Shown here piece after piece: positions 9,654 to 19,641 of a DNA stretch of 64,000 bases. Origin of the DNA: Nitrospirota bacterium (lineage in GTDB: Bacteria; Nitrospirota; UBA9217); contig CAWCKW010000006.1 in assembly GCA_963796285.1 (NCBI GenBank), positions 128,001-192,000 of the forward strand. The letters run 5' to 3'. The notes beneath the pieces were generated by a model. The model saw only the letters and a list, made by a program, of their open reading frames with translations, was not told where the DNA came from and ran no database searches. Every line of letters starts with the position of its first letter. The first letter of the stretch is position 1. Both the position numbers and the translations under genes were made by a program.

Positions 9654-9672
9654 AGATAATCACTGGTTAGTC
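9654..9672 (+). other. attI-like cassette insertion site
   Basis: AGATAAT (L-like) + 5 bp CACTG + G/TTAGTC core. Confidence 0.65.
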
Positions 9673-10607
9673 CGGAGTAAAAAATGAGATATTCAATAAT
9701 AATTGCTATCTTGCTTTATAGCACGACATCGTTTGCTGAAGACCCGCAATTGTCGGCAGACAAAAAATTGGCTGATCTATTATTCCCATCAGAAAGCAGC
9801 GTCCAACTGGAACAATTTCCCGTGCTAACGGAAGCAGAATTCAATCCAATTAAGGATAAGGTTTTTAAACAATTAGATTCAGATGCCTGTCACATTATTT
9901 CCACTAGCGACACACCGCACGAGTTCTTCCGTAAATATGATTTGTCTGGTGCTGGTGTTGATGATGTGATTCTAAGTTCCTATTGTGCGGCAATGGAATA
10001 TAGAAACTTTATCTGGTTTCGCAAGGGGAATTCATTAAAATATGCCGGCTTCATGTTGGGCACGCCGTTAAAATATTACCGCCCCAGTAAGTCGGAACCT
10101 TATTCAATTGTAGTAAGTGAAGGTTGGTGCTGTGCAGGTTTTGTCGGCAAAATCAGCCTCTACAAACTGAAAGAAAATCGTGGGCTTTATAAATATAAAC
10201 TTGAAAAAAGAGTAATGGAATGGGGCGGAATCACAATTCCTGACAAACGAATAGCCCCCGTTAAGTTTAAAATTAAGTCTGAAAAATACGCCCTAAGAGA
10301 TTCGCCGGAAATTCGTAACGAACCAATTGACGACATTCCTGGCGGGAAAAAACAAATCGGAAATATTATCGCGGAATTTCCACGTGGTAGCCAGGGAGAG
10401 GCAATAGCAGCGGATAAAGACAAGACAGGCCAGATCTGGTGGTTTGTTCTGATGGATAAAGATTCAAAAACCATCACTACTCTTTTTTATGCCGATAACG
10501 GAGCTTATAAAGCTGGATGGATGAGACAACAAGATCTTGAAATAGCCAAATGAAGACCAACCAGTCGTTCGAGTCCCGCGCTCTACGGCGCGGGGCTCAA
10601 CTCGTCG
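9667..10607 (+). mobile_element. Integron gene cassette 1
   Basis: Starts TTAGTC, single ORF with RBS, ends in attC whose GACCAAC is near-complementary to GTTAGTC. Confidence 0.85.
9684..10553 (+). CDS. Secreted hypothetical protein, C-terminal SH3b-like region
   Basis: Signal peptide MRYSIIIAILLYSTTSFA; C-terminal LRDSP...IAEFPRG...WWFV...GWM pattern. Confidence 0.8.
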   Translation: MRYSIIIAILLYSTTSFAEDPQLSADKKLADLLFPSESSVQLEQFPVLTEAEFNPIKDKVFKQLDSDACHIISTSDTPHEFFRKYDLSGAGVDDVILSSYCAAMEYRNFIWFRKGNSLKYAGFMLGTPLKYYRPSKSEPYSIVVSEGWCCAGFVGKISLYKLKENRGLYKYKLEKRVMEWGGITIPDKRIAPVKFKIKSEKYALRDSPEIRNEPIDDIPGGKKQIGNIIAEFPRGSQGEAIAADKDKTGQIWWFVLMDKDSKTITTLFYADNGAYKAGWMRQQDLEIAK

Positions 10608-10613
10608 TTATCT
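10555..10613 (+). repeat. attC site (59 bp)
   Basis: GACCAAC-5-GTTCGAG-TCCCGCGC..GCGCGGGG-CTCAAC-5-GTTATCT; extrahelical C in L''. Confidence 0.92.
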
Positions 10614-11145
10614 CCCCAAGTTGAAGGAAGGGGTCACACCATTAATACTGAAACAGCTCAACAGAATAGAGAACTTCGAGGAAATCCATACGACAAGTGG
10701 CTTGTCTGGGGTCCAGTCCTCGCAGGCGCTCTGTTGCCATACACGATATATACTCTATTCAATCCAAAGTTCCTGCTAGATATAGCCAAAACACCAGATG
10801 AGCTTGTGATTATGAGCATCGGCGCGATCATTTCTGATATTCCTTTCTTCGTTGTAGCCTTTTTCGCAAACGGTGACAAGAGTCGTAATTATAATCTGAG
10901 AAGGCGAGTTAGCAATACTGCCATACGATTCCTACCTGTATTCGGAATATATGCCTTTCTGCTTTATGATGTAGCAAGGGCAGCTGCTCTTAGACTGCCA
11001 GGTGCGTCAACGGCACCGATCGCTTTATTAATATTCCTGCCAATTGCCGTGTTGCTCGTATTTGTATTACAGCTGATCACCAAAGCTATTGAAAGATAAC
11101 CTGGCGCTCGACTGCGACGCGCAAAGTCGGCGCGTCAGCGCCGCG
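10608..11145 (+). mobile_element. Integron gene cassette 2
   Basis: Starts TTATCT; inverse core AGATAAC is the exact complement of GTTATCT and contains the ORF stop codon. Confidence 0.88.
10641..11099 (+). CDS. Hypothetical integral membrane protein (~4 TM), probable ATT start
   Basis: Frame is open upstream of TTG 10734 to ATT 10641, which follows AAGGAAGGGG; hydrophobic segments. Confidence 0.7.
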   Translation: MNTETAQQNRELRGNPYDKWLVWGPVLAGALLPYTIYTLFNPKFLLDIAKTPDELVIMSIGAIISDIPFFVVAFFANGDKSRNYNLRRRVSNTAIRFLPVFGIYAFLLYDVARAAALRLPGASTAPIALLIFLPIAVLLVFVLQLITKAIER

Positions 11146-11151
11146 TTAAAG
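11094..11151 (+). repeat. attC site (58 bp)
   Basis: AGATAAC-5-GCTCGAC...GTCAGC-5-GTTAAAG; extrahelical C. Confidence 0.9.
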
Positions 11152-11191
11152 TGTGATTATTTCATTCCATTGCCCTGTTTCATCATGTCCG

Positions 11192-11201
11192 GGGAGCCAA
11201 T
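11192..11201 (+). repeat. attR core
   Basis: GGGAGCCAAT repeat of tRNA 3' end. Confidence 0.85.
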
Positions 11202-11206
11202 TTTAC

Positions 11207-11237
11207 AAAAAAACCAGAATTCAATTCTGGTTTTTTT
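11207..11237 (+). terminator. Bidirectional terminator, probably the displaced tRNA-Asn terminator
   Basis: AAAAAAACCAGAAT-TCA-ATTCTGGTTTTTTT immediately after attR. Confidence 0.75.
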
Positions 11238-11535
11238 CATTTAACGATGAGCCACCGGATATACCTTCTTCAGAGCGAAACCAGAGACCGACATTATTGC
11301 GGTTTTGCAAAGGGTGCTCATCGTTGATTACAAACACCTCAACGACCCGAAGCATCAAGGAATTATGACCACAAAGAGATTTTAGGAATAGTGGTGCACG
11401 CGTTGGTTTGAAAAATGCAAAAGAAATGCGTTAGCAGTATGCGAAAGCAAGTCAAAGTGTAACTAAGAACGCTCGACCATCACGTGACTATGTCCTGTCC
11501 CAGCATGGGCCGGAATACGGACAGCACTAGACAGG

Positions 11536-12240
11536 TCATATGCCAAGACCGGCATGCGATTTGGGTGCATTTGTATCTATATACGCTTCCAAGGTCTTTG
11601 CTGCTTCAGGAGGAAGGTTTAAGAAGTGCACGCCATACCAATTGGCATCAACTCCCGGCACCGGTTGGATGATCCTGATGATCTCTCCTGTTAGCTGGAT
11701 CTGTGTCGTGTTGGGCAGGAAGAACGAGCAGGAGAGCCTGTCGCCTTGGTTGAAGGTCTGGATAGTTTCAATGAGCATTCCGGCAAGGCTGATATCCAGG
11801 GAGTTACAGACAAAGTGGTTGGTGCTAACAGTCCCTTCAACGGCAACGTTGAGAAGCACTCGGTATGTTTCTCTCCAGGAGAGATTAAGGAGTGTTTTTG
11901 CCTGTGCCAGAAGTTGGGCGGGTTTAAAAGGTCGAGTAATAACGGCTTCTGCTTTGCAGTGCGAGCTCTGTTTGAGTGCGCTCTTGGTGTTTGCACAGAC
12001 TAGGATTATGGATACTGGACTGTGTTCTGCATACTCCCTGAGAAGAGAGCAGAGCTGCTCAATGCCCATCCCCGGCATGTCAAAATTTATAATAATGAGG
12101 TCAGCGCGCACCGTGCGATGGATCTGCAGCACTTCATCAGTTGAGGCCGACGTGAATATCCGCATATCCGCCCGGTCTAAGAAGGTGTTTTTTTTCCTGA
12201 GTATCGTGTTTATGTCCTGATCAAGGATTATTTTTTTCAT
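11536..12240 (-). CDS. Pseudo-receiver + PilZ domain protein
   Basis: REC-like N-terminus (DLIIINFDMPGM, TRPF); PilZ RETYR and DISLAG motifs, YGVHF. Confidence 0.85.
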   Translation of the reverse strand: MKKIILDQDINTILRKKNTFLDRADMRIFTSASTDEVLQIHRTVRADLIIINFDMPGMGIEQLCSLLREYAEHSPVSIILVCANTKSALKQSSHCKAEAVITRPFKPAQLLAQAKTLLNLSWRETYRVLLNVAVEGTVSTNHFVCNSLDISLAGMLIETIQTFNQGDRLSCSFFLPNTTQIQLTGEIIRIIQPVPGVDANWYGVHFLNLPPEAAKTLEAYIDTNAPKSHAGLGI

Positions 12241-13109
12241 GGCTCAATTTCCAGGGTTCAGTCAACATTTGGTTGCGGCCAATCATGATTGACAAGCATA
12301 CATGACCGATTTCCCCTAACCCTTGCACAATTATTATAGCAGTAACATAATTATATTGTCAAGCATAGAAAATGAAACAGGGGAAACAGTTATGTTTTAG
12401 GTTATATTAAAGCAAGCAGGGCTACGGCATTCTTATGCAGCATGATAACTTGTATCTGCCTTGATTTCTTCAGCTTCACAACGCTGCCGTGTAGTGACAA
12501 CATAGTAGCACAATTAAGATCAGGCTATTTCCTTTGACTGCTGCTATTCGGCACTATTTGCAAATCAGAGAAATCGTTGAAGACTTCTTTTAACTCTTCA
12601 AGAAACAAGTAGGCCCGCTTATTCTGCTCAGTCACACATCTGTACTCGTGCTCTGTGTTAACATGCATCTCACGCTTTGATTTCGAGACTTATTCATGTT
12701 TGTATAGTTGATCCTACAAAAGTTTTCATCGGATCCAGACGCCCGCATAGCGAACCACACCTCGTTGCCTTGCGCGAGCATCTTAGTTCACTCGGGGAGA
12801 TAATAAGGCTTGCGATCCAGCCGGTTATGGCGAGAGCAACTTCTGTTTTGCGCAAGAGCGGTCATTTTTTAATGAAAATGGACTATTGCACACCGTCACA
12901 GATAGTATTGAAGGGAAGGAGCGCAATAAAATCATCAGCGCTGCTTTATGCTCTTCGGATGATAGTGCAATTCGTGTTGAGTTGCAGCGTCCGTTTTTCG
13001 TCGGCCTGCGGTTCGGATTTATCGGAGGAGGCAGATTGTATTCGTCAGAACACTCCCGGCTAGGTTCAAAGAATATAATGAGATGGATATCATCAGAACC
13101 GGAAAACAC

Positions 13110-15268
<2,159 letters not shown>

Positions 15269-15411
15269 GGTTCTTGAATCCCCCTTCGTGTAATTCCTCT
15301 AGAAACGCGCACCGTTAAGGCCGAGATCAAGATGTATTGTCTCGAAGTTCGCCCTAGCCCAATGTTCAGTACGAGTATGCATCGGTGGCCGAAAAGGCCC
15401 GATGCCGTTTT

Positions 15412-16209
15412 TTATGCTTCTTCAGCGGTTGCATCCACATCTTCAGTTAATGGTTCCGCTACTGCCACGGCCTGCGACTCGCCGGCGGCCTTCGCCGCCT
15501 CCATGGCCTCACCAGCCTCCTTAGCAATGGCCTGTCTGCCCTCGATGACGGCATCTGCGACCTTCGAGGCCATCAAGCGGATGGCGCGAATTGCATCATC
15601 ATTGCCTGGAATAACATAGTCGATATTGTCGGGATCACAGTTCGTGTCGACTACGGCGACCACCATTATGCCGAGCTTGTTTGCTTCCTGGACCGCGATC
15701 GCTTCCTTGCGCGGGTCGATGATGAACATCATGGATGGTGGTTGGGACATCGTCTTGATGCCGCAGAGGATCTTTTCAAGCTTGGTGCGTTCTTTCTCGA
15801 GTCCCGCCACTTCCTTCTTCGTGAGCTTATCGTACGTGCCGTCTTCCTTCATCTTTTCGATCTTTTTGAGCCGGTCGATGCTTTTCTTAATGGTGGCGAA
15901 ATTCGTGAGCATGCCGCCGAGCCAGCGGCTTGAGACATAGTACATTCCGCACCGCTTTGCCTCTTCGGTGATGGCGTCCTGGGCCTGCTTTTTGGTTCCG
16001 ACGAACATGATGTCCTTGCCCTGGGACGATGCGGTGCGGACAAATTCGTAAGCTTCCTTGAACAGTTTGAGCGTTTTCTGGAGATCGATGATGTAGATCC
16101 CGTTACGCTCTCCAAAAATGTACTTCTTCATTTTGGGGTTCCATCGTTTTGCCTGGTGGCCGAAGTGTACCCCTGCTTCCAACAACTCTTTCATCGTGAT
16201 CGTGGACAT
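15412..16209 (-). CDS. rpsB: 30S ribosomal protein S2
   Basis: [29 protein letters not shown]. Confidence 0.98.
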   Translation of the reverse strand: MSTITMKELLEAGVHFGHQAKRWNPKMKKYIFGERNGIYIIDLQKTLKLFKEAYEFVRTASSQGKDIMFVGTKKQAQDAITEEAKRCGMYYVSSRWLGGMLTNFATIKKSIDRLKKIEKMKEDGTYDKLTKKEVAGLEKERTKLEKILCGIKTMSQPPSMMFIIDPRKEAIAVQEANKLGIMVVAVVDTNCDPDNIDYVIPGNDDAIRAIRLMASKVADAVIEGRQAIAKEAGEAMEAAKAAGESQAVAVAEPLTEDVDATAEEA

Positions 16210-16221
16210 AATGTCCCTCCT

Positions 16222-16308
16222 TCAGGTTTTTACCTCCGCGCCGATCATTCCCCGGCAGATCCTGTATTAAAACAGGATACCCTGCCGTAGGTCCTGGCGC
16301 GTGTGTGA
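16222..16308 (-). ncRNA. rpsB (t44/S2) leader RNA
   Basis: Minus strand CACACACGCGCC...long hairpin...GGCGCGGAGGTAAAAACC upstream of rpsB RBS. Confidence 0.7.
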
Positions 16309-16464
16309 TGAGATATGCCTTTTTAAAAAGGCGACCAATAAAATACCATATATGTACGCACGTTTCAAGGAAAATTTCCTTTATATGTCTTTTTTTCGCA
16401 ATCTTATAATGAACGCATACGTTTTCTCAATTATGCAAAACACTCGAGACATGAATATTCATAA

Positions 16465-16498
16465 AATCAATCAGTTGGGTTTTGGCACGGTTGATGCA
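16465..16498 (+). promoter_or_regulatory. Sigma54 promoter with IHF site
   Basis: TTGGCACGGTTGATGCA (-24/-12) at 16482-16498; AATCAATCAGTTG (WATCAANNNNTTR) at 16465-16477. Confidence 0.8.
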
Positions 16499-16537
16499 AT
16501 TTATCTAAGCAAGACGAACGAAAAGGAGGAAACGACA

Positions 16538-16858
16538 ATGAAGACCACAATAGCAAGAAAGACAGCATACATCGGGGCAGGCGCAGGACTGGTGCTCTTC
16601 GCGCTCTTTGGGCTTCTGCCGGGCAGCCTGCTGGGCGGCGCGATGGGCATCAATATCGCGGGATGGTTCTTTGGGCTTCCCCTCCAGCCGGGACTGGTAT
16701 CGAGGGTCATCGTACTCGCATCCATGCTCCTCGGAGTTCTGGTAGCCGGCATCGTGATGGTAACGGCCACATCAACGGTCGGCTGGCTTGTCGGCAAGGC
16801 CCTTGAATCGGGCACGCATGCCAAAGAGCCGGAAGAAGCAAAAGCGGGCCAGAGATAA
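16538..16858 (+). CDS. Small glycine-rich membrane protein
   Basis: AAGGAGG RBS; GxxxG-rich hydrophobic helices (FGLLPGSLLGG). Confidence 0.85.
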   Translation: MKTTIARKTAYIGAGAGLVLFALFGLLPGSLLGGAMGINIAGWFFGLPLQPGLVSRVIVLASMLLGVLVAGIVMVTATSTVGWLVGKALESGTHAKEPEEAKAGQR

Positions 16859-16918
16859 ACAGAGGGGCAAGATACTATTCAACAAAATATAACAGCTGCG
16901 GCTGAAAGGAGATTCGCC

Positions 16919-17230
16919 ATGAAGAACGAGACAGTCAAAACAGGAATGAAGATCGGAGCATCAATAGGGGGGGTGGTGTTTCTGGTATTCGGGATCATGC
17001 CGGGGTTCTACTTCGGCAGCTTCGGGACGCTGATCCTGCTCCAGAAGCTGATGGGCGGGACAGTTGAGCCGACCCTCATAGCGCGGGCAATAATCGTGAT
17101 GGGGATCGTGGTCGGGATCGCCTGCGCAGCAGCGGTCTGCCTCGTGGTCGGCGGGCTGATCGGCACGGCGATGGGCTACCTCGTATCCGCGCCGAGTGCG
17201 ATGAGAGAGAAGGCAGCAGAGAAGGCGTAG
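16919..17230 (+). CDS. Small glycine-rich membrane protein, paralog of upstream gene
   Basis: AAGGAG RBS; FGIMPGFYFGS aligns with FGLLPGSLLGG. Confidence 0.85.
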   Translation: MKNETVKTGMKIGASIGGVVFLVFGIMPGFYFGSFGTLILLQKLMGGTVEPTLIARAIIVMGIVVGIACAAAVCLVVGGLIGTAMGYLVSAPSAMREKAAEKA

Positions 17231-17266
17231 TCGAATTTCTGCAAGCTGATCATAAAATTATTTTGG

Positions 17267-17293
17267 AGGGGCAGCCCTGAGCGGCTGCCCCTC
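17267..17293 (+). terminator. Hairpin after membrane-protein pair
   Basis: GAGGGGCAGCC...GGCTGCCCCTC. Confidence 0.55.
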
Positions 17294-17482
17294 GTTGATG
17301 ACCAGGATGATGACACAGGCGGTGAGAAATCACCGCCTGTGTTGTTTTGCGTGCCATAATAATACTGCGTTAAAGAGCAAAAATAGACATCACAACAGAT
17401 TGATATCTAACGATTTGTACGTTGATAACCTTCCTTGGAATCCGGAAACGACCTCGCCGGTTGCTTTTCACTACAAAAACGC

Positions 17483-17511
17483 TTGACAAATCTTATGAAA
17501 TTGTTTATATT
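17483..17511 (+). promoter_or_regulatory. rplM promoter
   Basis: TTGACA-17 bp-TATATT. Confidence 0.7.
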
Positions 17512-17555
17512 CGCTATTCTTAAAAAAAATATTAAGATACAACAAGGCGGGGATT

Positions 17556-17987
17556 ATGGCTACGTATTCAGCAAAAGCAGAAGATATTAACAGAAAGTGG
17601 TTCGTCGTTGATGCCAACGGAAAGACTCTGGGCCGGCTGGCAACGGTTATCGCCGCAGTGCTGAAAGGCAAGACCAAACCTATCTACACGACGCATGTAG
17701 ACACTGGCGATTTTGTGATCGTGGTGAACGCGGACAAGGTCCACCTGACCGGCAAGAAGCTCGACCAGAAGATGTATTACAGTCACTCCGGGTTTCCCGG
17801 CGGCCTCAAGACCGTTAGCGCCGGTACGCTCATGCGGACCAAGCCAGAGGACGTGGTGATGATGGCGGTCGAGGGCATGCTTCCCAAGACACGGCTTGGC
17901 AAGCAGATGCTCACCAAGCTTAAGGTCTATGCCGGTGAAAAACATCCGCACGAGGCGCAGCAGCCGGTGGAAATGAGCATTAAATAG
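17556..17987 (+). CDS. rplM: 50S ribosomal protein L13
   Basis: [28 protein letters not shown]. Confidence 0.98.
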   Translation: MATYSAKAEDINRKWFVVDANGKTLGRLATVIAAVLKGKTKPIYTTHVDTGDFVIVVNADKVHLTGKKLDQKMYYSHSGFPGGLKTVSAGTLMRTKPEDVVMMAVEGMLPKTRLGKQMLTKLKVYAGEKHPHEAQQPVEMSIK

Positions 17988-18024
17988 TTATAAGAGAAAA
18001 CAGGGACAACCTGAGGAGGTTTGA

Positions 18025-18429
18025 ATGTCAGCGGCAAGTGTATCAACACGATATTATGCAACAGGTAGGAGAAAAAATTCCATCGCCAAGGTGTGGATGA
18101 TGCCCGGCAGCGGCAAGGTCACCATCAACGACAAGACCATGGATCAATATTTCGGCAGGGATGTGCTGAAGATGATCATTCGGCAGCCTTTTGAGGTCAC
18201 CGGAACGGTCGACAAGTTCGATGTGCTCGTGAGCGTGCTGGGCGGCGGAAACTCCGGCCAGGCCGGCGCAATCAGGCACGGGATCTCCAAGGCGCTTCTT
18301 GAAGTGGACGCCGAGTCGCGCGGCAAGCTTCGCAAGGAAGGGCTTCTGACCCGCGACCCCAGGGCAAAAGAGCGCAAGAAGTACGGCCAGAAAGGCGCGC
18401 GCGCGCGGTTCCAGTTCTCGAAGAGATAA
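18025..18429 (+). CDS. rpsI: 30S ribosomal protein S9
   Basis: [26 protein letters not shown]. Confidence 0.98.
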   Translation: MSAASVSTRYYATGRRKNSIAKVWMMPGSGKVTINDKTMDQYFGRDVLKMIIRQPFEVTGTVDKFDVLVSVLGGGNSGQAGAIRHGISKALLEVDAESRGKLRKEGLLTRDPRAKERKKYGQKGARARFQFSKR

Positions 18430-18474
18430 GGGATCATATACCTGTCGTTTGTTGAGTTTCATATCCTGTTACGA

Positions 18475-18509
18475 AAAAGGGAAGGTAGAGATGCCTTCCC
18501 TTTTATTTT
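18475..18509 (+). terminator. Terminator after rpsI
   Basis: AAAAGGGAAGGTA...TGCCTTCCCTTTT + T tract. Confidence 0.7.
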
Positions 18510-18551
18510 GCTCAATGCGTGTGTGGCAATGAATGAGCGGAGTGCATCAGT

Positions 18552-19604
18552 ATGAGCAACGAAAAAATGAACATAGCTATCGTGGGATCGAGCGGGTACA
18601 CCGGCGGGGAACTCATGCGGATTCTCCTCAATCATCCGCACGTAACCGTGACCGCGATCACGTCGGAAAAATCCGCGGGCAAGCCCATCACGTCGGTCTT
18701 CCCGCACCTCGCGGGATTGACCTCGCTCGTGTGTGAACACCTCGACCCGGATACCATCTCGAAGAAATCAGACTTTGTGTTCCTCGCGCTTCCCCATGTG
18801 ACCGCGCAGGAGACCGCATTCCGATTTCACAAGCTTGGCAAAAAGGTTGTGGATCTGTCCGCCGACTACCGTCTTTCGGACCCCGCAGTGTATGCAACGT
18901 GGTATGAGCACGCGCACCAATACCCTGAGCTCCTGAAAGATGCGGTTTACGGCCTGCCAGAGCTGCACCGGGACAAGATAGTAAATGCCTCGCTGATCGC
19001 AAATCCGGGGTGTTATCCCACGGGCGCGATACTGGGGCTTGCGCCCCTTCTGCAAAAGAACAAGGTGGAGCTGGGGAGCATCATCGTAGACTCCAAGTCC
19101 GGTGTATCCGGGGCGGGACGAAGCCCTTCGCTTGCACACCACTTCCCGGAAGTGAACGAGGGGTTCATGGCCTATAAGGTCGGTACGCACCGTCACACAC
19201 CGGAGATCGAACAGGAGCTGTCCGCTCTGGCGGGAAAACAGATTACCCTTTCGTTCACGCCGCACCTGGTACCCATGAACCGGGGTATCCTGACCACGAT
19301 CTATGCAAAGCAGTTATCTGCTTCTGATACAGCACAGCTCCATTCCTTGTATGAGGAGTTTTATACAGAGGCACCGTTTGTGAGGATGCTACCGGTTGGT
19401 CAGCTACCAAACGTGCGGAACGTGCGGGGTTCGAACTTCTGCGATATTGGCGTTTATGCGGATCAGCGGACCGGTCGCGCGGTCGTGGTCACCGCCATCG
19501 ACAACCTCGTCAAGGGCGCATCGGGCCAGGCGATCCAGAACATGAACCTGATGATGGGATTTGATGAAGCGGAAGGCCTCAGGTTCGCGGGGGTGTTCCC
19601 CTAA
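18552..19604 (+). CDS. argC: N-acetyl-gamma-glutamyl-phosphate reductase
   Basis: [45 protein letters not shown]. Confidence 0.97.
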   Translation: MSNEKMNIAIVGSSGYTGGELMRILLNHPHVTVTAITSEKSAGKPITSVFPHLAGLTSLVCEHLDPDTISKKSDFVFLALPHVTAQETAFRFHKLGKKVVDLSADYRLSDPAVYATWYEHAHQYPELLKDAVYGLPELHRDKIVNASLIANPGCYPTGAILGLAPLLQKNKVELGSIIVDSKSGVSGAGRSPSLAHHFPEVNEGFMAYKVGTHRHTPEIEQELSALAGKQITLSFTPHLVPMNRGILTTIYAKQLSASDTAQLHSLYEEFYTEAPFVRMLPVGQLPNVRNVRGSNFCDIGVYADQRTGRAVVVTAIDNLVKGASGQAIQNMNLMMGFDEAEGLRFAGVFP

Positions 19605-19641
19605 TCCGATATTTTAATCACGCCGAAACAGGGGTGGAAGA

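Larger units (their letters stand above)
5873..11201. mobile_element. Small integrative rolling-circle element (serine recombinase + Rep_trans) carrying integron cassettes
   Basis: Direct repeat GGGAGCCAAT at 5873-5882 (tRNA 3' end) and 11192-11201; displaced terminator just after right repeat; visibly more AT-rich than flanking genes. Confidence 0.88.

Noticed and set aside
9588-9666. Third (empty) cassette starting at GTTAGGC
   Set aside because: No complementary GCCTAAC or L-box structure downstream.
5873-11201. Prophage/inovirus or full ICE interpretation
   Set aside because: No Zot-like ATPase, coat, terminase or T4SS genes; only integration, replication and cassette modules.
11202-13109. 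Extension of the island to frr; ORFs 12677-13063, 12825-13109 and 12886-13140
   Set aside because: attR and the terminator close the element at 11201; these ORFs overlap each other and have no recognisable motifs.
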